Below are positions 19,274 through 28,745 of a DNA stretch of 56,788 bases, one piece after another. Made by a program: the position numbers and the translations under genes. Position 1 is the first letter of the stretch. Every line of letters begins with the position of its first letter. The notes below the pieces were generated by a model. That model was not told the origin of the DNA and did no database searches. It was given only the letters and a program-made list of their open reading frames with translations. Source of the DNA: a virus (taxonomy: Duplodnaviria > Caudoviricetes); the IMG/VR virus record IMGVR_UViG_3300042868_005444, positions 1 through 56,788 of that record; one strand, 5' to 3'.

Positions 19274-19491
19274 TCCGCAATCCCCCAGTCTTCAGCCAAG
19301 ACGTCCGTCTGGCTGGCCAGCCACGGAACCAGATCGTCCTGCGCGGTCTTCATGTAGATGTATGGCAGTGTCATCTTGCTGCCTGCGTCAGGAACTTGCA
19401 GCTCCAGCCACATACCCTTGCCGTTCCATCCAGTGCGCGATACGCGCTTGCCCTGCTTGAGGGCAACGATTGCGTCTCCAAAATCCATCAT
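19270..19491 (-). CDS. DUF2829 / Tad2-like anti-defence nucleotide sponge
   Basis: MDFGDAIVALKQGKRVSRTGWNGKGM...PWLASQTDVLAEDW is the DUF2829 signature. Confidence 0.85.
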   Translation of the reverse strand: MMDFGDAIVALKQGKRVSRTGWNGKGMWLELQVPDAGSKMTLPYIYMKTAQDDLVPWLASQTDVLAEDWGIAE

Positions 19492-19778
19492 TCGGTGTAC
19501 TCCTGTGTCGGCGGCTCGTCATTGCTGCCACCCTTTTGTTTGCCATTGCCTGCCGCCATCACGCCGCCGAGAGCGCCAACGATAAACGAGGCGATGGGGG
19601 TCAGCAGTTCAAAGAACTTGCGGTCATTCTCGCTCGACTCGCCCAGAGGCTGGGTCACGAAGACCAGCGAGTAGAGGATCACGAAGATGGTGCCGCCGAG
19701 GATCACGGTCAGAGCCACGCCAATAAAGTAGCGCAGCTTGGCTTCCATCACGTCAGGGTCGTTCTTGCTAGACATCAA
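19488..19778 (-). CDS. two-TM membrane protein, putative holin
   Basis: Two hydrophobic helices (FIGVALTVILGGTIFVILYSLVFV; LLTPIASFIVGALGGVMAA) near the endolysin. Confidence 0.6.
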   Translation of the reverse strand: MMSSKNDPDVMEAKLRYFIGVALTVILGGTIFVILYSLVFVTQPLGESSENDRKFFELLTPIASFIVGALGGVMAAGNGKQKGGSNDEPPTQEYTE

Positions 19779-19963
19779 TTACCTCCTGTCAGGGCGTCCG
19801 CGCACATGCCCGTGCGGAGACAGATGGGTGGGGTGCACTCGACCGCAGACCAGTTGTCCGGGTCTTGGCAGGGATAGCGATAGAACCCGTCACCAGACAG
19901 GTAGAAGATCGCGGCGATGGCGGCAGCGAAGGCCAGCCAGACATATGCCTCAAGCTTTATCAT
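19775..19963 (-). CDS. small membrane-anchored Cys-rich protein
   Basis: N-terminal TM then FYRYPCQDPDNW...ECTPPIC...C. Confidence 0.7.
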   Translation of the reverse strand: MIKLEAYVWLAFAAAIAAIFYLSGDGFYRYPCQDPDNWSAVECTPPICLRTGMCADALTGGN

Positions 19964-20391
19964 TGCATCGGGTTCCTTATCAGATCGTCCATCGCTTTCC
20001 ACAGGTCTTCGATCTCGGCGCTGTACTTGTCCAGCTTGGCGTCGATGCCGCCAGTGATGCCCTCGGCTTTCTCCACCTTAGACCGCAGGTCCATCAACTC
20101 TTTCTGCTGCTCAAGGATCGTCCCCATCTGGGTCGAGATCGCCGACAGCTTCGGTGCAAGGCCGCGCACATCGTTGTCTTGGATTGCTTGCTCCAAGGTC
20201 TGCACCCGGCTGACCACATCCAGAACTTCGGCAACGCTTTCCTCCACGCCCCAGAACCTGTTCACCACATCGTAGCCGTAGTAGATCGTGCCGCTGATAC
20301 CAGACAGGACGGGCAGGGCTGCGGCAAGCCACCAGCCCTTGATGTCAAAACCTGCGATCCGCAGGCCGTTGGTTTCAGCCTCTTCGCTCAC
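19960..20391 (-). CDS. TM + coiled-coil protein (i-spanin-like architecture)
   Basis: N-terminal hydrophobic segment followed by long heptad-rich region. Confidence 0.55.
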   Translation of the reverse strand: MSEEAETNGLRIAGFDIKGWWLAAALPVLSGISGTIYYGYDVVNRFWGVEESVAEVLDVVSRVQTLEQAIQDNDVRGLAPKLSAISTQMGTILEQQKELMDLRSKVEKAEGITGGIDAKLDKYSAEIEDLWKAMDDLIRNPMQ

Positions 20392-21137
20392 GAACCGTAC
20401 CCGGCAGCGTAAACGTCGGCCAGCGTCACGGTGTCGGACCCAAGCAGTCCTTGCAGGCCGATGCTGTAGACCTGACCCATGCTCACGTTGATGATGTCAG
20501 CCGTGGCGCTGTAAACCACCGTAGCGCCATACAGGCTGGCCCCGGTGTTGGCCGCGTAGTTGTCCACCGAACCTGTCATGGTCGCATTGCGCGAGGCGGC
20601 CAAGAAGGCACCAGCATCGCGGGCATAGGTCTGCACAGCGCCGAGGGCCGAGTTGTAGTTGCTCACGTCGGCTGCGCTGATGGTCATGTCGTTGTTGGTC
20701 AAGATCGTCTGGAAGGCCATCTGCTGCTGCACAGTCTCAGCGTTGGCAGCCATGTTGGCGACGGCCTGCACCTCCATCAGAACCAAAGTCGCGGCAACGA
20801 GGTTATCCACAGCCGTATCGAGATTGACCATTGCCTGTTCGTGCCGATCCTGAAACAGGATTTCGGCGTTGTAGTACGTCGCGTCGATCACCCCCTGAAT
20901 GTCAGAGTTATAGTCGAGCCGCATCTGCTCGGTGACGGTCGCTGTCTGCATGATGCCGGGAGCAAGGATGCTGCCGTCGTCTGCGTAGTAGGTCGCACCA
21001 GCCGTCAGGCTCTGAGCCGCACTCAGCTGGTCAAGGATTGTCTGGGCCGACCCCTGTAGATTGGTTATCGTCGGATCGGCGTGAGCGGCGGAAGCGCTCA
21101 GACAGAGTAGGGCCACTGTTCTCTTGAGGTACGACAT
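20388..21137 (-). CDS. exported hypothetical protein
   Basis: Signal peptide MSYLKRTVALLCLSASAAHA; acidic helical body. Confidence 0.7.
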   Translation of the reverse strand: MSYLKRTVALLCLSASAAHADPTITNLQGSAQTILDQLSAAQSLTAGATYYADDGSILAPGIMQTATVTEQMRLDYNSDIQGVIDATYYNAEILFQDRHEQAMVNLDTAVDNLVAATLVLMEVQAVANMAANAETVQQQMAFQTILTNNDMTISAADVSNYNSALGAVQTYARDAGAFLAASRNATMTGSVDNYAANTGASLYGATVVYSATADIINVSMGQVYSIGLQGLLGSDTVTLADVYAAGYGS

Positions 21138-21744
21138 CGGGCAGTTCCTCTCCAATGCGAAGGAAGGTGTCCCAGAAGGACCGATCTTGGGCATATCCTA
21201 CCACATAGGTATGCGGGTTGTCACGCATGGCCAGATAGCCATCACGGCCCACCAGCAGCTTGCCCGTCTCAATTGAATAGATTGGGCAGGGTGTTGATGC
21301 CAAGGCCATCGCCTTGAAGACGTTGGCGTTGTCGCACATCACCGAAATCCCGCTGACCTGCAGGCCAAGCCCGCCAGCCTCCTGCGGTGTTCCGAGCAGC
21401 CTCGCGTCCTTGCGGCGGTTGCACTCTGGGTCTTGCTCCATGCTGCCCTCGGCACGGCCAAAGATGCTGATCTGGAAAGCCTGCTGCTTCGGGATCAGGC
21501 AGCTATCATTGCCACCGCCGCCCATGACTGTCGGTGCTGCGGCTGTCGGCACGGGCGTCGAGAACGGAGACGAGCCAGCGCCGTTATAGTTCTTGGTCTC
21601 GCTGGTCGAGATGTTGCCGCTGTCGATGGTGGAGTTGGTGTTGCCGGAGTTGGTGTTCAGATCACCGCTGACTTGGGCGCTGGCCGTGGCTGTCAGTAGA
21701 CAGAGCAGAGCGCACCCATAACGTCCCGCGTATCGCCGGAGCAT
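21031..21744 (-). CDS. exported Cys-containing hypothetical protein
   Basis: Signal peptide MLRRY...ALLCLLTATASA; PTAAAP...SC...DPECNRRK...VMC...AMALASTPCP. Confidence 0.7.
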   Translation of the reverse strand: MLRRYAGRYGCALLCLLTATASAQVSGDLNTNSGNTNSTIDSGNISTSETKNYNGAGSSPFSTPVPTAAAPTVMGGGGNDSCLIPKQQAFQISIFGRAEGSMEQDPECNRRKDARLLGTPQEAGGLGLQVSGISVMCDNANVFKAMALASTPCPIYSIETGKLLVGRDGYLAMRDNPHTYVVGYAQDRSFWDTFLRIGEELPDVVPQENSGPTLSERFRRSRRSDDNQSTGVGPDNP

Positions 21745-21908
21745 AGCAGCTCGTTGGCCGCGTCGCCGTGCGCCATGTAATAGAGCGTTTCCGCGTTCTG
21801 TCTGATCTCGCACTGGCGGTCCCCCTCTGGGCAGGCCGTCGTGTAGGCCACCGACGACACACTAACAGGGCCGCACCCAGCGACCAAGAGGACGAGTGCT
21901 AGTCTCAT
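21693..21908 (-). CDS. small lipoprotein
   Basis: Lipobox MRLALVLLVAG|C; four further Cys. Confidence 0.7.
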   Translation of the reverse strand: MRLALVLLVAGCGPVSVSSVAYTTACPEGDRQCEIRQNAETLYYMAHGDAANELLCSGDTRDVMGALCSVY

Positions 21909-22147
21909 TTGGCAAGGCTCCGCATCAGTTCGTCAATCTTCTTGTCGAGGTTGTCGATGCGCGCGATCAACATGTTCATGCTGGACTGCACGTCGGTCTT
22001 TGTGACGTACTCCCTCGCCATGTCCTCGCGAGTTCGGTTGAGCAAAATCTGCAGCCGCTGCACCTCGTCGGAATGACCTTTTAAAACCCAGCCGACAAGG
22101 CCGAGGACAGCGGAAAGAGCTGCGCTCCAGAGCATCTCAGGCGTCAT
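21905..22147 (-). CDS. single-TM coiled-coil protein (holin/antiholin-like)
   Basis: MTPEMLWSAALSAVLGLVGWVL then REYVTK...IDNLDKKID. Confidence 0.65.
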   Translation of the reverse strand: MTPEMLWSAALSAVLGLVGWVLKGHSDEVQRLQILLNRTREDMAREYVTKTDVQSSMNMLIARIDNLDKKIDELMRSLAK

Positions 22148-22986
22148 TACTTCCACTCCGTTCCTGTCCAATACCGTAGGGGTTTTCGGACCCAGTTTGT
22201 GCCGTTCCACACTTTAACCGGATAAGCTTGCCACCAAAAGCCGTTCCAGTAAAAGAACACACCTTTTGTCAAGACGCTTACAAAACCAACTTGGCCTTGC
22301 GCCGTGACGCCGGTTGGGAAAACCTTTGCCCCGGCTTGAGCGAGGGCTTGGCCGACTTGCCCGAGAGCCTGAACCCCGCTCGGAAAGACGTTTGCGGTGC
22401 CGATTACGGTGGCCTGACCAACCTGACCGGTGGCTGAAACACCAGTGACGAAAGCTCGAGTTGCGGTGTCGGCCTCGGCAATTCCAACTTGACCAGTGGC
22501 CTGTAGGCCCACAACGGTTATGACCGCAGAACCGTTGACGGTAACTGATCCGACTTGACCAGCTGCAGACACGCCCGTTACCATAAACGTCGATCCGCCA
22601 GTTGCGGTCGCCGTTCCAACTTCACCTGTGGCAAAAATACCAACTGGGTTTACGGTTGCTGCACCAATAACCGTTACAAAACCAATCTGGCCGTCAGCTT
22701 GAACACCGATTGGGAAAACCTTGGCATTGGCGGAACCCTCCGCTTGACCAACTTCACCTGTCGCGAACAGGCCGCTTACCAAGAACGTGGCGTCTCCCGC
22801 AACGTCCGCTATTCCGACTTCACCGGTGGAAAAGATGCCCGTGGGAAAGACAAATGCTTCGCCAATTAGGGTTACGGAGCCAACTTGCCCTGTGGCTGAA
22901 ACACCATCCAAAAGAACGGATACGCTTACGCCTGTTTCGGAAAGAGCCGAGAACGGGGCTGCGGAGAAGGGACTAAAGCCAAACAT
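22147..22986 (-). CDS. repeat-rich fibre/whisker-like structural protein
   Basis: About 11-12 copies of a ~19-aa unit GxxAxG[QE]VG; Trp-rich C-terminus (YWNG, VWNG, YWTG). Confidence 0.75.
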   Translation of the reverse strand: MFGFSPFSAAPFSALSETGVSVSVLLDGVSATGQVGSVTLIGEAFVFPTGIFSTGEVGIADVAGDATFLVSGLFATGEVGQAEGSANAKVFPIGVQADGQIGFVTVIGAATVNPVGIFATGEVGTATATGGSTFMVTGVSAAGQVGSVTVNGSAVITVVGLQATGQVGIAEADTATRAFVTGVSATGQVGQATVIGTANVFPSGVQALGQVGQALAQAGAKVFPTGVTAQGQVGFVSVLTKGVFFYWNGFWWQAYPVKVWNGTNWVRKPLRYWTGTEWK

Positions 22987-23050
22987 GATGTCCCTCCTCT
23001 CTCGGGTTTATGGCAATGTATCAGGAACGCGGGGTGTCGTCACGAGGCAC

Positions 23051-23812
23051 CTAGCCCCACACCACAAGGATGGCCTCCCCGGAAATGGTTCCCGGTCCTC
23101 CGGTAAAAGTTCCAGATATGGTACCCCCCGGAGAGTTAGAGGCGCTGGCAATACCATCTTCGGTACCACCGAAGTCAAACTGCCCATTGTTGGTCATGCC
23201 GCTGACGCCAATTGTAGCGCTTGGCTCGATGCAGTTCCAAACTGCTATTCCACCCATTCCAATGCGGCTTGTGAACGATACGGTGGTTGGCGAGAATGGC
23301 GTCTTTCTCGCACTGACGTTTGTTCCAAGCGGCGTAGTGGAAGTCTGACCCGTGATCCTGAAAGTTCGCAGGTTGCATTGACCTGCGGTCGTGTTCATTG
23401 TGACGACAAAGTTTGCCGTGGTTCCGCTAGGAAAGGCCGCATAAAACAAGGCACTCGAAATGTTTCCCGTGCTGGCCTTCGTCATGGCCGAGCCATTTAT
23501 CGTGCAGCTTGTTGGAAAAAACCCAGAGTTTGTGCTGACAGACACCGCCACAACCCTATTTGCTGCTGCAGCGCCGATGGAGATAGTATTAAAGGTGTAC
23601 GAAGCGGCGTTCCCAGTGCTACCGCCACCGCTGACGTAGGCAACAGATACGTTTGAACCCTTTCCCCTCAGGTCGTTCATGCTGATGGCACCTGACGGTA
23701 TTCCGGCCAGTGACCTGACTGCAGCCTCGTTGAGGTTTAACGACGCTGTCGCCGACCGCCCAAGCTCAGTGTTCACCTGAGACATGCTGATAGTGCCTGT
23801 CGGAAGTACCAT
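23051..23812 (-). CDS. putative fibre-tip adhesin (paralog of 5772-6437)
   Basis: N-terminal GTISMSQVNTELG...ISMNDLRGK cap, directly downstream of the S74-bearing fibre; beta-rich body. Confidence 0.65.
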   Translation of the reverse strand: MVLPTGTISMSQVNTELGRSATASLNLNEAAVRSLAGIPSGAISMNDLRGKGSNVSVAYVSGGGSTGNAASYTFNTISIGAAAANRVVAVSVSTNSGFFPTSCTINGSAMTKASTGNISSALFYAAFPSGTTANFVVTMNTTAGQCNLRTFRITGQTSTTPLGTNVSARKTPFSPTTVSFTSRIGMGGIAVWNCIEPSATIGVSGMTNNGQFDFGGTEDGIASASNSPGGTISGTFTGGPGTISGEAILVVWG

Positions 23813-23813
23813 G

Positions 23814-25772
23814 TCAGCCCCCCAGCTTGGCGCGGAGCTCGTCGATCTGGACCTGCTGCTCCTTGATGGCCTCGATCAGAAGGCCGACCATGTTCCCATA
23901 GGCGAGGCTCAGATGCTCTCCATTGTCCATGACCGCCTCCGGCAGAACCTTCTGCACCTCCTGTGCAATCAACCCCGTCTGACGCTGCCCGCTGTCTATG
24001 CGGGTGTAGGTGTAGCCCGTCAAGGACTGCACCTTCTCTATGGCGTCCGTAATTGGCTCAAGGTCTTCCTTCAAGCGGATGTCAGAGTATGCGGTTACGT
24101 TGTTGGCCATCGTCAGGTTACCGGCCATGTCCATCTGGAGGAGGTTTGCCGGAGCCGACCACCCACCAATGCGGAATACGTTGTCGCTGTCTAGGCCCAT
24201 GTTGATGGCGTAGACGCCCGCACGGTGGAACGCCATGATAGCGCCGCCACTTGAGGAGTAGGCTTGGAGTGGAGGGTTTGAACCAGAAGTGTTCTGGTTT
24301 GACTGGAATTGCTGAATGCCAGTCCAAGTATATGTCCCGCCTACAGCGCTGCTGATACTGGTTGTGTTTGATGCTGTCGCAGCGTTTCCGCTGATGGCGA
24401 TACCCCACGTCCCAGTGGCACCGGTTCCGTTGGTTTGGGGCGCACCGATGAGTGCTGGCGTGACGGTGGTCGAGGCAAGGCTTGTGACGTGCCCAAAGCC
24501 GTCAAGGCTCACGTCCTGAATGAACGTAGCGCCCGTGTTGTCAACACTGCCCTGCGATGAGGTGTCGGCGTGGGACAGGCCGTCAGTGTCCTGTGTGAGT
24601 CCACCACCAGCTGCAACGGAGAAGGTCGTCCCCGTGAGGCCAATGCCACCACCAGCCGTGTAGGTGGTGTCTGTCGATGTGATCGTGAAATTCGGGTACG
24701 TTCCCGTGATCGTCGTGGCACCGCCTTGGGTGAGGGAAACAACCTGATCCGGCGCGGTGTTCGTGATGACGTTGTTGGTGACGGAGATACCCGTACCAGC
24801 CGTGTAAACCGCCGTGGCCGCGATCTGCGTGAACGTGATGTTCGTCGTCCCAAAGGTAATTGTGCCTTCGGTGTTGCAGACGTAGAGCTCACCAGCGCCT
24901 GTGTTGCCCTGCTGCACGAAGAATGCGTCACCAGCACCCAAGGCATTGGGGTCGCTGGGGGCGTAGGTGTCAGTATCTGACGAGCGGGTTAGAACCCAGT
25001 TCGTGCTTCCGGAGCCGGTATTGGTGACCACATAGACGCCGTTCTGGGTCTGGTTGGTCTGTTGATATACCAACACACGGTCATTCGTTGCCACCGTCAC
25101 GCCGTCGATTACGAGAGCCACCTGCGTCCCTGCGTTGGTCAGCGTGGCTCCAACGCCAGAGGTACCGTTGTTGTAGGTGGCGTTCAGATTGATCGGGGAC
25201 TCGACCCGCACAGGCGCATGGTAGTGGATGCCAGCCGAAGCGATGGTGTCCACATACTCCTTGGTCGCTGCCTGCAATGGCAGGGTTGGGTCGGCAGGGA
25301 GAAGCACAGGGACCGTCGTGGTGATGGTGCTGTTCTCGACCTTGAAGCGCTCAGCGCCCCCGGTCTCCACGGACATCGTGTTTGCAGCAGGAAAAAGAAT
25401 GGCCGTATCGGTGTCCCCGGTGTGGGCGATCCTGTCGGAAACAAGAAGGTATCCCGAAGCATCCAAGTAAGAGGATTTGGATGCAGCGTACGAAAGAAAT
25501 ATGTCTTTTGTTCCGGCTGACCAGTTTACGGCAGAACCAGAATTACTAGACGACAAGATTGTCGTGCGAGCCATCGTTGGTCCGGTCGTTGAGTACGTCC
25601 CAATACCGACCTCCCAACTAATCCCATCTGTCACGGCGTAATACGTCGTGTCGGAGTTCGCCATAACTGCCCCAAACGATTGGAAGCCGGTCTTAGCCCC
25701 CAAAAGGGTGTAAGAAGACGTCCCTGTGGTCAGGGTTGTTTCCTGTACGCGGTCGGCGACAATGAGAGCCAT
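23814..25772 (-). CDS. tail fibre with C-terminal peptidase S74 intramolecular chaperone
   Basis: T/G-rich; AATKEYVD knob motif; VTAYSDIRLK...GLIAQEV...YGNMVGLLIEAIKE coiled coil. Confidence 0.9.
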   Translation of the reverse strand: MALIVADRVQETTLTTGTSSYTLLGAKTGFQSFGAVMANSDTTYYAVTDGISWEVGIGTYSTTGPTMARTTILSSSNSGSAVNWSAGTKDIFLSYAASKSSYLDASGYLLVSDRIAHTGDTDTAILFPAANTMSVETGGAERFKVENSTITTTVPVLLPADPTLPLQAATKEYVDTIASAGIHYHAPVRVESPINLNATYNNGTSGVGATLTNAGTQVALVIDGVTVATNDRVLVYQQTNQTQNGVYVVTNTGSGSTNWVLTRSSDTDTYAPSDPNALGAGDAFFVQQGNTGAGELYVCNTEGTITFGTTNITFTQIAATAVYTAGTGISVTNNVITNTAPDQVVSLTQGGATTITGTYPNFTITSTDTTYTAGGGIGLTGTTFSVAAGGGLTQDTDGLSHADTSSQGSVDNTGATFIQDVSLDGFGHVTSLASTTVTPALIGAPQTNGTGATGTWGIAISGNAATASNTTSISSAVGGTYTWTGIQQFQSNQNTSGSNPPLQAYSSSGGAIMAFHRAGVYAINMGLDSDNVFRIGGWSAPANLLQMDMAGNLTMANNVTAYSDIRLKEDLEPITDAIEKVQSLTGYTYTRIDSGQRQTGLIAQEVQKVLPEAVMDNGEHLSLAYGNMVGLLIEAIKEQQVQIDELRAKLGG

Positions 25773-26218
25773 TAAGCAATCCGGATGATGGCATCAGATG
25801 CGGTTGCTGCGGGGAATACGATGGTAAAATCGCCCGTGGTCGACGTCTTATCGGAGCCAAAGTCCAGAACGACCACCGAAGGGTTCGTGTAGGTGTGAGT
25901 TGGGCTCGTATTGTAAATCAAAGCCCCCCGCGCCGTAATTGTGGCACTGGTAAAGGTTAGATCGGCAAAGTCCGTAAAAGCGGTGGTCCCACCCGAACTT
26001 GGGTCGATGTTGGTCAATGATCCGCCACCAGCCGAATACGATCCGCTGTTGGGAACCTCATCAGACGAAGTGTAAGCCGTGGTGGCCGCGTTCAAAGTTG
26101 CGGCGCTGGTATAAAGCGCCAACTTAAAAATGTCTCCACCCGTGGCGCGAAAATCATGCACGGCTTCCAACAGCTGCTGCTTGAAGCTGGTGCACATAAA
26201 GTTCCCTGTAAAAGCCAT
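25772..26218 (-). CDS. virion structural protein
   Basis: SFKQQLL...FKLALYT...Y.AGG..L...DFAD...ARGALIYN...LDFGSDK pattern seen in phage structural genes. Confidence 0.7.
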   Translation of the reverse strand: MAFTGNFMCTSFKQQLLEAVHDFRATGGDIFKLALYTSAATLNAATTAYTSSDEVPNSGSYSAGGGSLTNIDPSSGGTTAFTDFADLTFTSATITARGALIYNTSPTHTYTNPSVVVLDFGSDKTSTTGDFTIVFPAATASDAIIRIA

Positions 26219-26514
26219 CAGAGCCTCCTGATAAGTTCAGCAAGGTCAGAATGACCTTCGCGTTTCAACGCATTGTACACGGTTGTGCGGTCAGAAGCGA
26301 TAGCCTGACGCATGTAGTGAACCAGAACCATTCGCATGCGCTCCCTGAAGGCTTTCGCCTGTGCCGCAATCTCGGGCGGCGCGGTGTCTGAGATCGAGAT
26401 CAGCTTGTTCAGAGCAAGGTCTGTCACCTCTTCCGGGGTCATTCCGCGTCCGCTTGTGGCGACCACGTCAACCTTAATCGGTGCAGGCATATCAAGCGCA
26501 GGTGTCCAACTCAT
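26218..26514 (-). CDS. hypothetical phage protein
   Basis: 98-aa ORF, GAGGA RBS, in structural operon. Confidence 0.7.
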   Translation of the reverse strand: MSWTPALDMPAPIKVDVVATSGRGMTPEEVTDLALNKLISISDTAPPEIAAQAKAFRERMRMVLVHYMRQAIASDRTTVYNALKREGHSDLAELIRRL

Positions 26515-26523
26515 GTTTATTCC

Positions 26524-26874
26524 TCAATTAGTGTCTACCCAAAGGTCTCCGACCGAAGGGCTTAGCGGGGGCGTGGGTCCAACGGCCAAGTTTACTGTTG
26601 ATGCAGTCCCAAGACCAGTGATGTCGGTGTTTGGGATGGTTGGGCGACCCTCAAGCTGCACGACACCTGCCCCAAAGACGTAACCGGTAAGGCTCATAGC
26701 TCCCGTACCACCCTGCGGCACAGTAATGACGTTTCCGAACACGTCGCTCTGGACGAAATCGGCAATCTGTTGGGATGTCAAACGAACCGACTGGTCGTTC
26801 TGGACGCTCTCAAAGAGTTCCGTGCCGTCCAGCGCAGTGCCGGGCGGCAGCTGTGTGATTTTTACGTCAGCCAT
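26524..26874 (-). CDS. short fibre-like structural protein
   Basis: MADVKITQLP N-terminus, VPQGGTGA repeat, GDLWVDT C-terminus. Confidence 0.65.
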   Translation of the reverse strand: MADVKITQLPPGTALDGTELFESVQNDQSVRLTSQQIADFVQSDVFGNVITVPQGGTGAMSLTGYVFGAGVVQLEGRPTIPNTDITGLGTASTVNLAVGPTPPLSPSVGDLWVDTN

Positions 26875-26877
26875 TGG

Positions 26878-27264
26878 TTACGCTCCCGTGATCCGGTCAT
26901 CTTCGAGTTCGGTGATGCGATAATCCTCGTTGCCGGGGACCAAAAGACCGACGACGACCGACACGCCCTGTGCTGTCTCGGTGATGCGGTAGTCGGTGGT
27001 CGCCAAAGAGTAGGTCTCCGGGCGCGGATTGAGGATCGGCGGCGGGTCTCCGGGCAACGTCAGGCTGCGAAGTTGCGACTGCATCTGGTCGAGGCAGTGG
27101 CGGCACACCAAAATGCGCTTGTTTTGCACCGTTGCCCCAGCCCAGTCGTACTGGAACTGGAGGTTGACGTGGTTATACCTGAAGCCACACCGGTCGCAGA
27201 TCGCGTGGGCCTGCGGATTTACCGATGATGTTCTGGCGCGACCTGCGATTGACCCGTATGCCAT
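26878..27264 (-). CDS. Zn-finger virion morphogenesis protein
   Basis: ICDRCGF...VCRHC...PRPE. Confidence 0.75.
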   Translation of the reverse strand: MAYGSIAGRARTSSVNPQAHAICDRCGFRYNHVNLQFQYDWAGATVQNKRILVCRHCLDQMQSQLRSLTLPGDPPPILNPRPETYSLATTDYRITETAQGVSVVVGLLVPGNEDYRITELEDDRITGA

Positions 27265-27267
27265 GCG

Positions 27268-27960
27268 TCACCTGTAATATCCGCCGACCAGCGGCGAGAT
27301 GTAGACGTTCGACGTCTCGATGTTCTGGTCAGCTGCGATCTTGTAGCTCTCGTCGGCCTGCGCCTTCAGTGCGACAGCGATCTCTGGCTTCCAGATGCGG
27401 GCCAGACGATAGGTGAGGCCGTCAGCGAAGGCTTCAAGCCACAGATACGGGATTTCGACCTGCGTGTTGCCAGCCATGGAGCTGTCTTGGAGCTGGCGAA
27501 CCCGGTAGTACTTGATCTTCTGGACGGACTGACCATCCGGAACCGGCCACACAGTGAACGTCGGGGACAGCGTACGGTCAAACCAGAAGACGGTCGGTGC
27601 GCCCTGCACGGTCTTGTTGGAGTACGAGGCGTATTCCGAACGGCTGATGGGCATCAGGGGGCGGTCGATGGGCGGCGACGTGCCGTCATCGTGCCGGGCG
27701 TAGGCGTCCAGCATGACCACTGTGTTGCTGTCCACCGGATAAGTGTCTTGACCGGCAACAAGCGTGACTTCAATGAGGTCGACAGCCCAAAGGTTCACCC
27801 CTTGGTTAGCCCAGCGGGCGCACATCATGTTGGCGGCCATGCGAGCGGCCTCCATGTGCTCCTGCAGCAGAGCCGTGGGGCGGATGCCCACGTTCATGTA
27901 GGCGTAGATCGTGATCTCGCCGAGGCCGGGGTTGAAGTTATAGGTGCCAGTCGTTGCCAT
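27268..27960 (-). CDS. head-closure/adaptor protein
   Basis: WANQGVNLW, ISRSEY...NK...GAP, VWPVPD pattern; head-tail joining position. Confidence 0.7.
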   Translation of the reverse strand: MATTGTYNFNPGLGEITIYAYMNVGIRPTALLQEHMEAARMAANMMCARWANQGVNLWAVDLIEVTLVAGQDTYPVDSNTVVMLDAYARHDDGTSPPIDRPLMPISRSEYASYSNKTVQGAPTVFWFDRTLSPTFTVWPVPDGQSVQKIKYYRVRQLQDSSMAGNTQVEIPYLWLEAFADGLTYRLARIWKPEIAVALKAQADESYKIAADQNIETSNVYISPLVGGYYR

Positions 27961-28745
27961 CAGAGGCTCCCGTCATTCTTGATGAGGATGATCTGAAAGT
28001 ACGACGAGACGTCGTTATTGGTCCCAGTACCCTTCGCGGTCGCAGTGATGCACTCGCCCTCCAAAATCTTAATAGGATAGGAGAACTCATAAGCCGAAGT
28101 ACCATTCGACACAGTGGTCACGGCTGCGGTTCTGACGATACCGTCTTGTCCGCGCTGTTTGAGGCGGCCAGTGATGTACTGGTTTCCGCTTGAATTGCCG
28201 GTGGAGATGCTGCCGGTCGTAAGGTAGCCCGTGTACCCGGTCGGGCAGGTCCAATGCCCAACAAGAGACAGGTTGTCCCCGATACCCATGGCGCTGTAAA
28301 TCGTCGCCGGTACACCAGCGGTGACAGTTCCGGTCCCAGCATAAATCGTCCCGGCATTGACGCCGCCGGAACCGATTGAGGTGACAGTCATCTGCTCGAT
28401 TGCATCGTACGAGTGGACTGTCGTGACGGCGGTTTGACCGCTCAGTGTAACCGTCTCAGAAACAAAACCGCCCGTTCCGTTGATGCCGAGGATGTAGACC
28501 GTACGAGCCCCAGTCCCCAGCGCGGTGTCATTCGCGCTTGTCGAGCTGATCGTCATCTGTACCGGGGACGCGGGATGCGTGAGAATTCCCGTGGCAGGCC
28601 ACACCGTAACCTCGGTGCTGTCAACGTCTGGGTTATGCCCAAAAACATGGATGATGCTGTGGAACGTGATTTGCCCACGACCAACCTGCAGCTCGAAAGG
28701 TTCGAACCGACCGTTCTGGGTGATTGAGGGAATTGTTACGGTCAT
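27960..28745 (-). CDS. virion structural protein
   Basis: FELQVGRGQI...FGHNPDVD, SSTSANDT..GTGARTV; beta-rich. Confidence 0.7.
   Translation of the reverse strand: MTVTIPSITQNGRFEPFELQVGRGQITFHSIIHVFGHNPDVDSTEVTVWPATGILTHPASPVQMTISSTSANDTALGTGARTVYILGINGTGGFVSETVTLSGQTAVTTVHSYDAIEQMTVTSIGSGGVNAGTIYAGTGTVTAGVPATIYSAMGIGDNLSLVGHWTCPTGYTGYLTTGSISTGNSSGNQYITGRLKQRGQDGIVRTAAVTTVSNGTSAYEFSYPIKILEGECITATAKGTGTNNDVSSYFQIILIKNDGSL

Noticed and set aside
22147-22986. Nucleotide-level tandem repeat or CRISPR-like array
   Set aside because: Periodicity is at the protein level (~19 aa) with degenerate codons.
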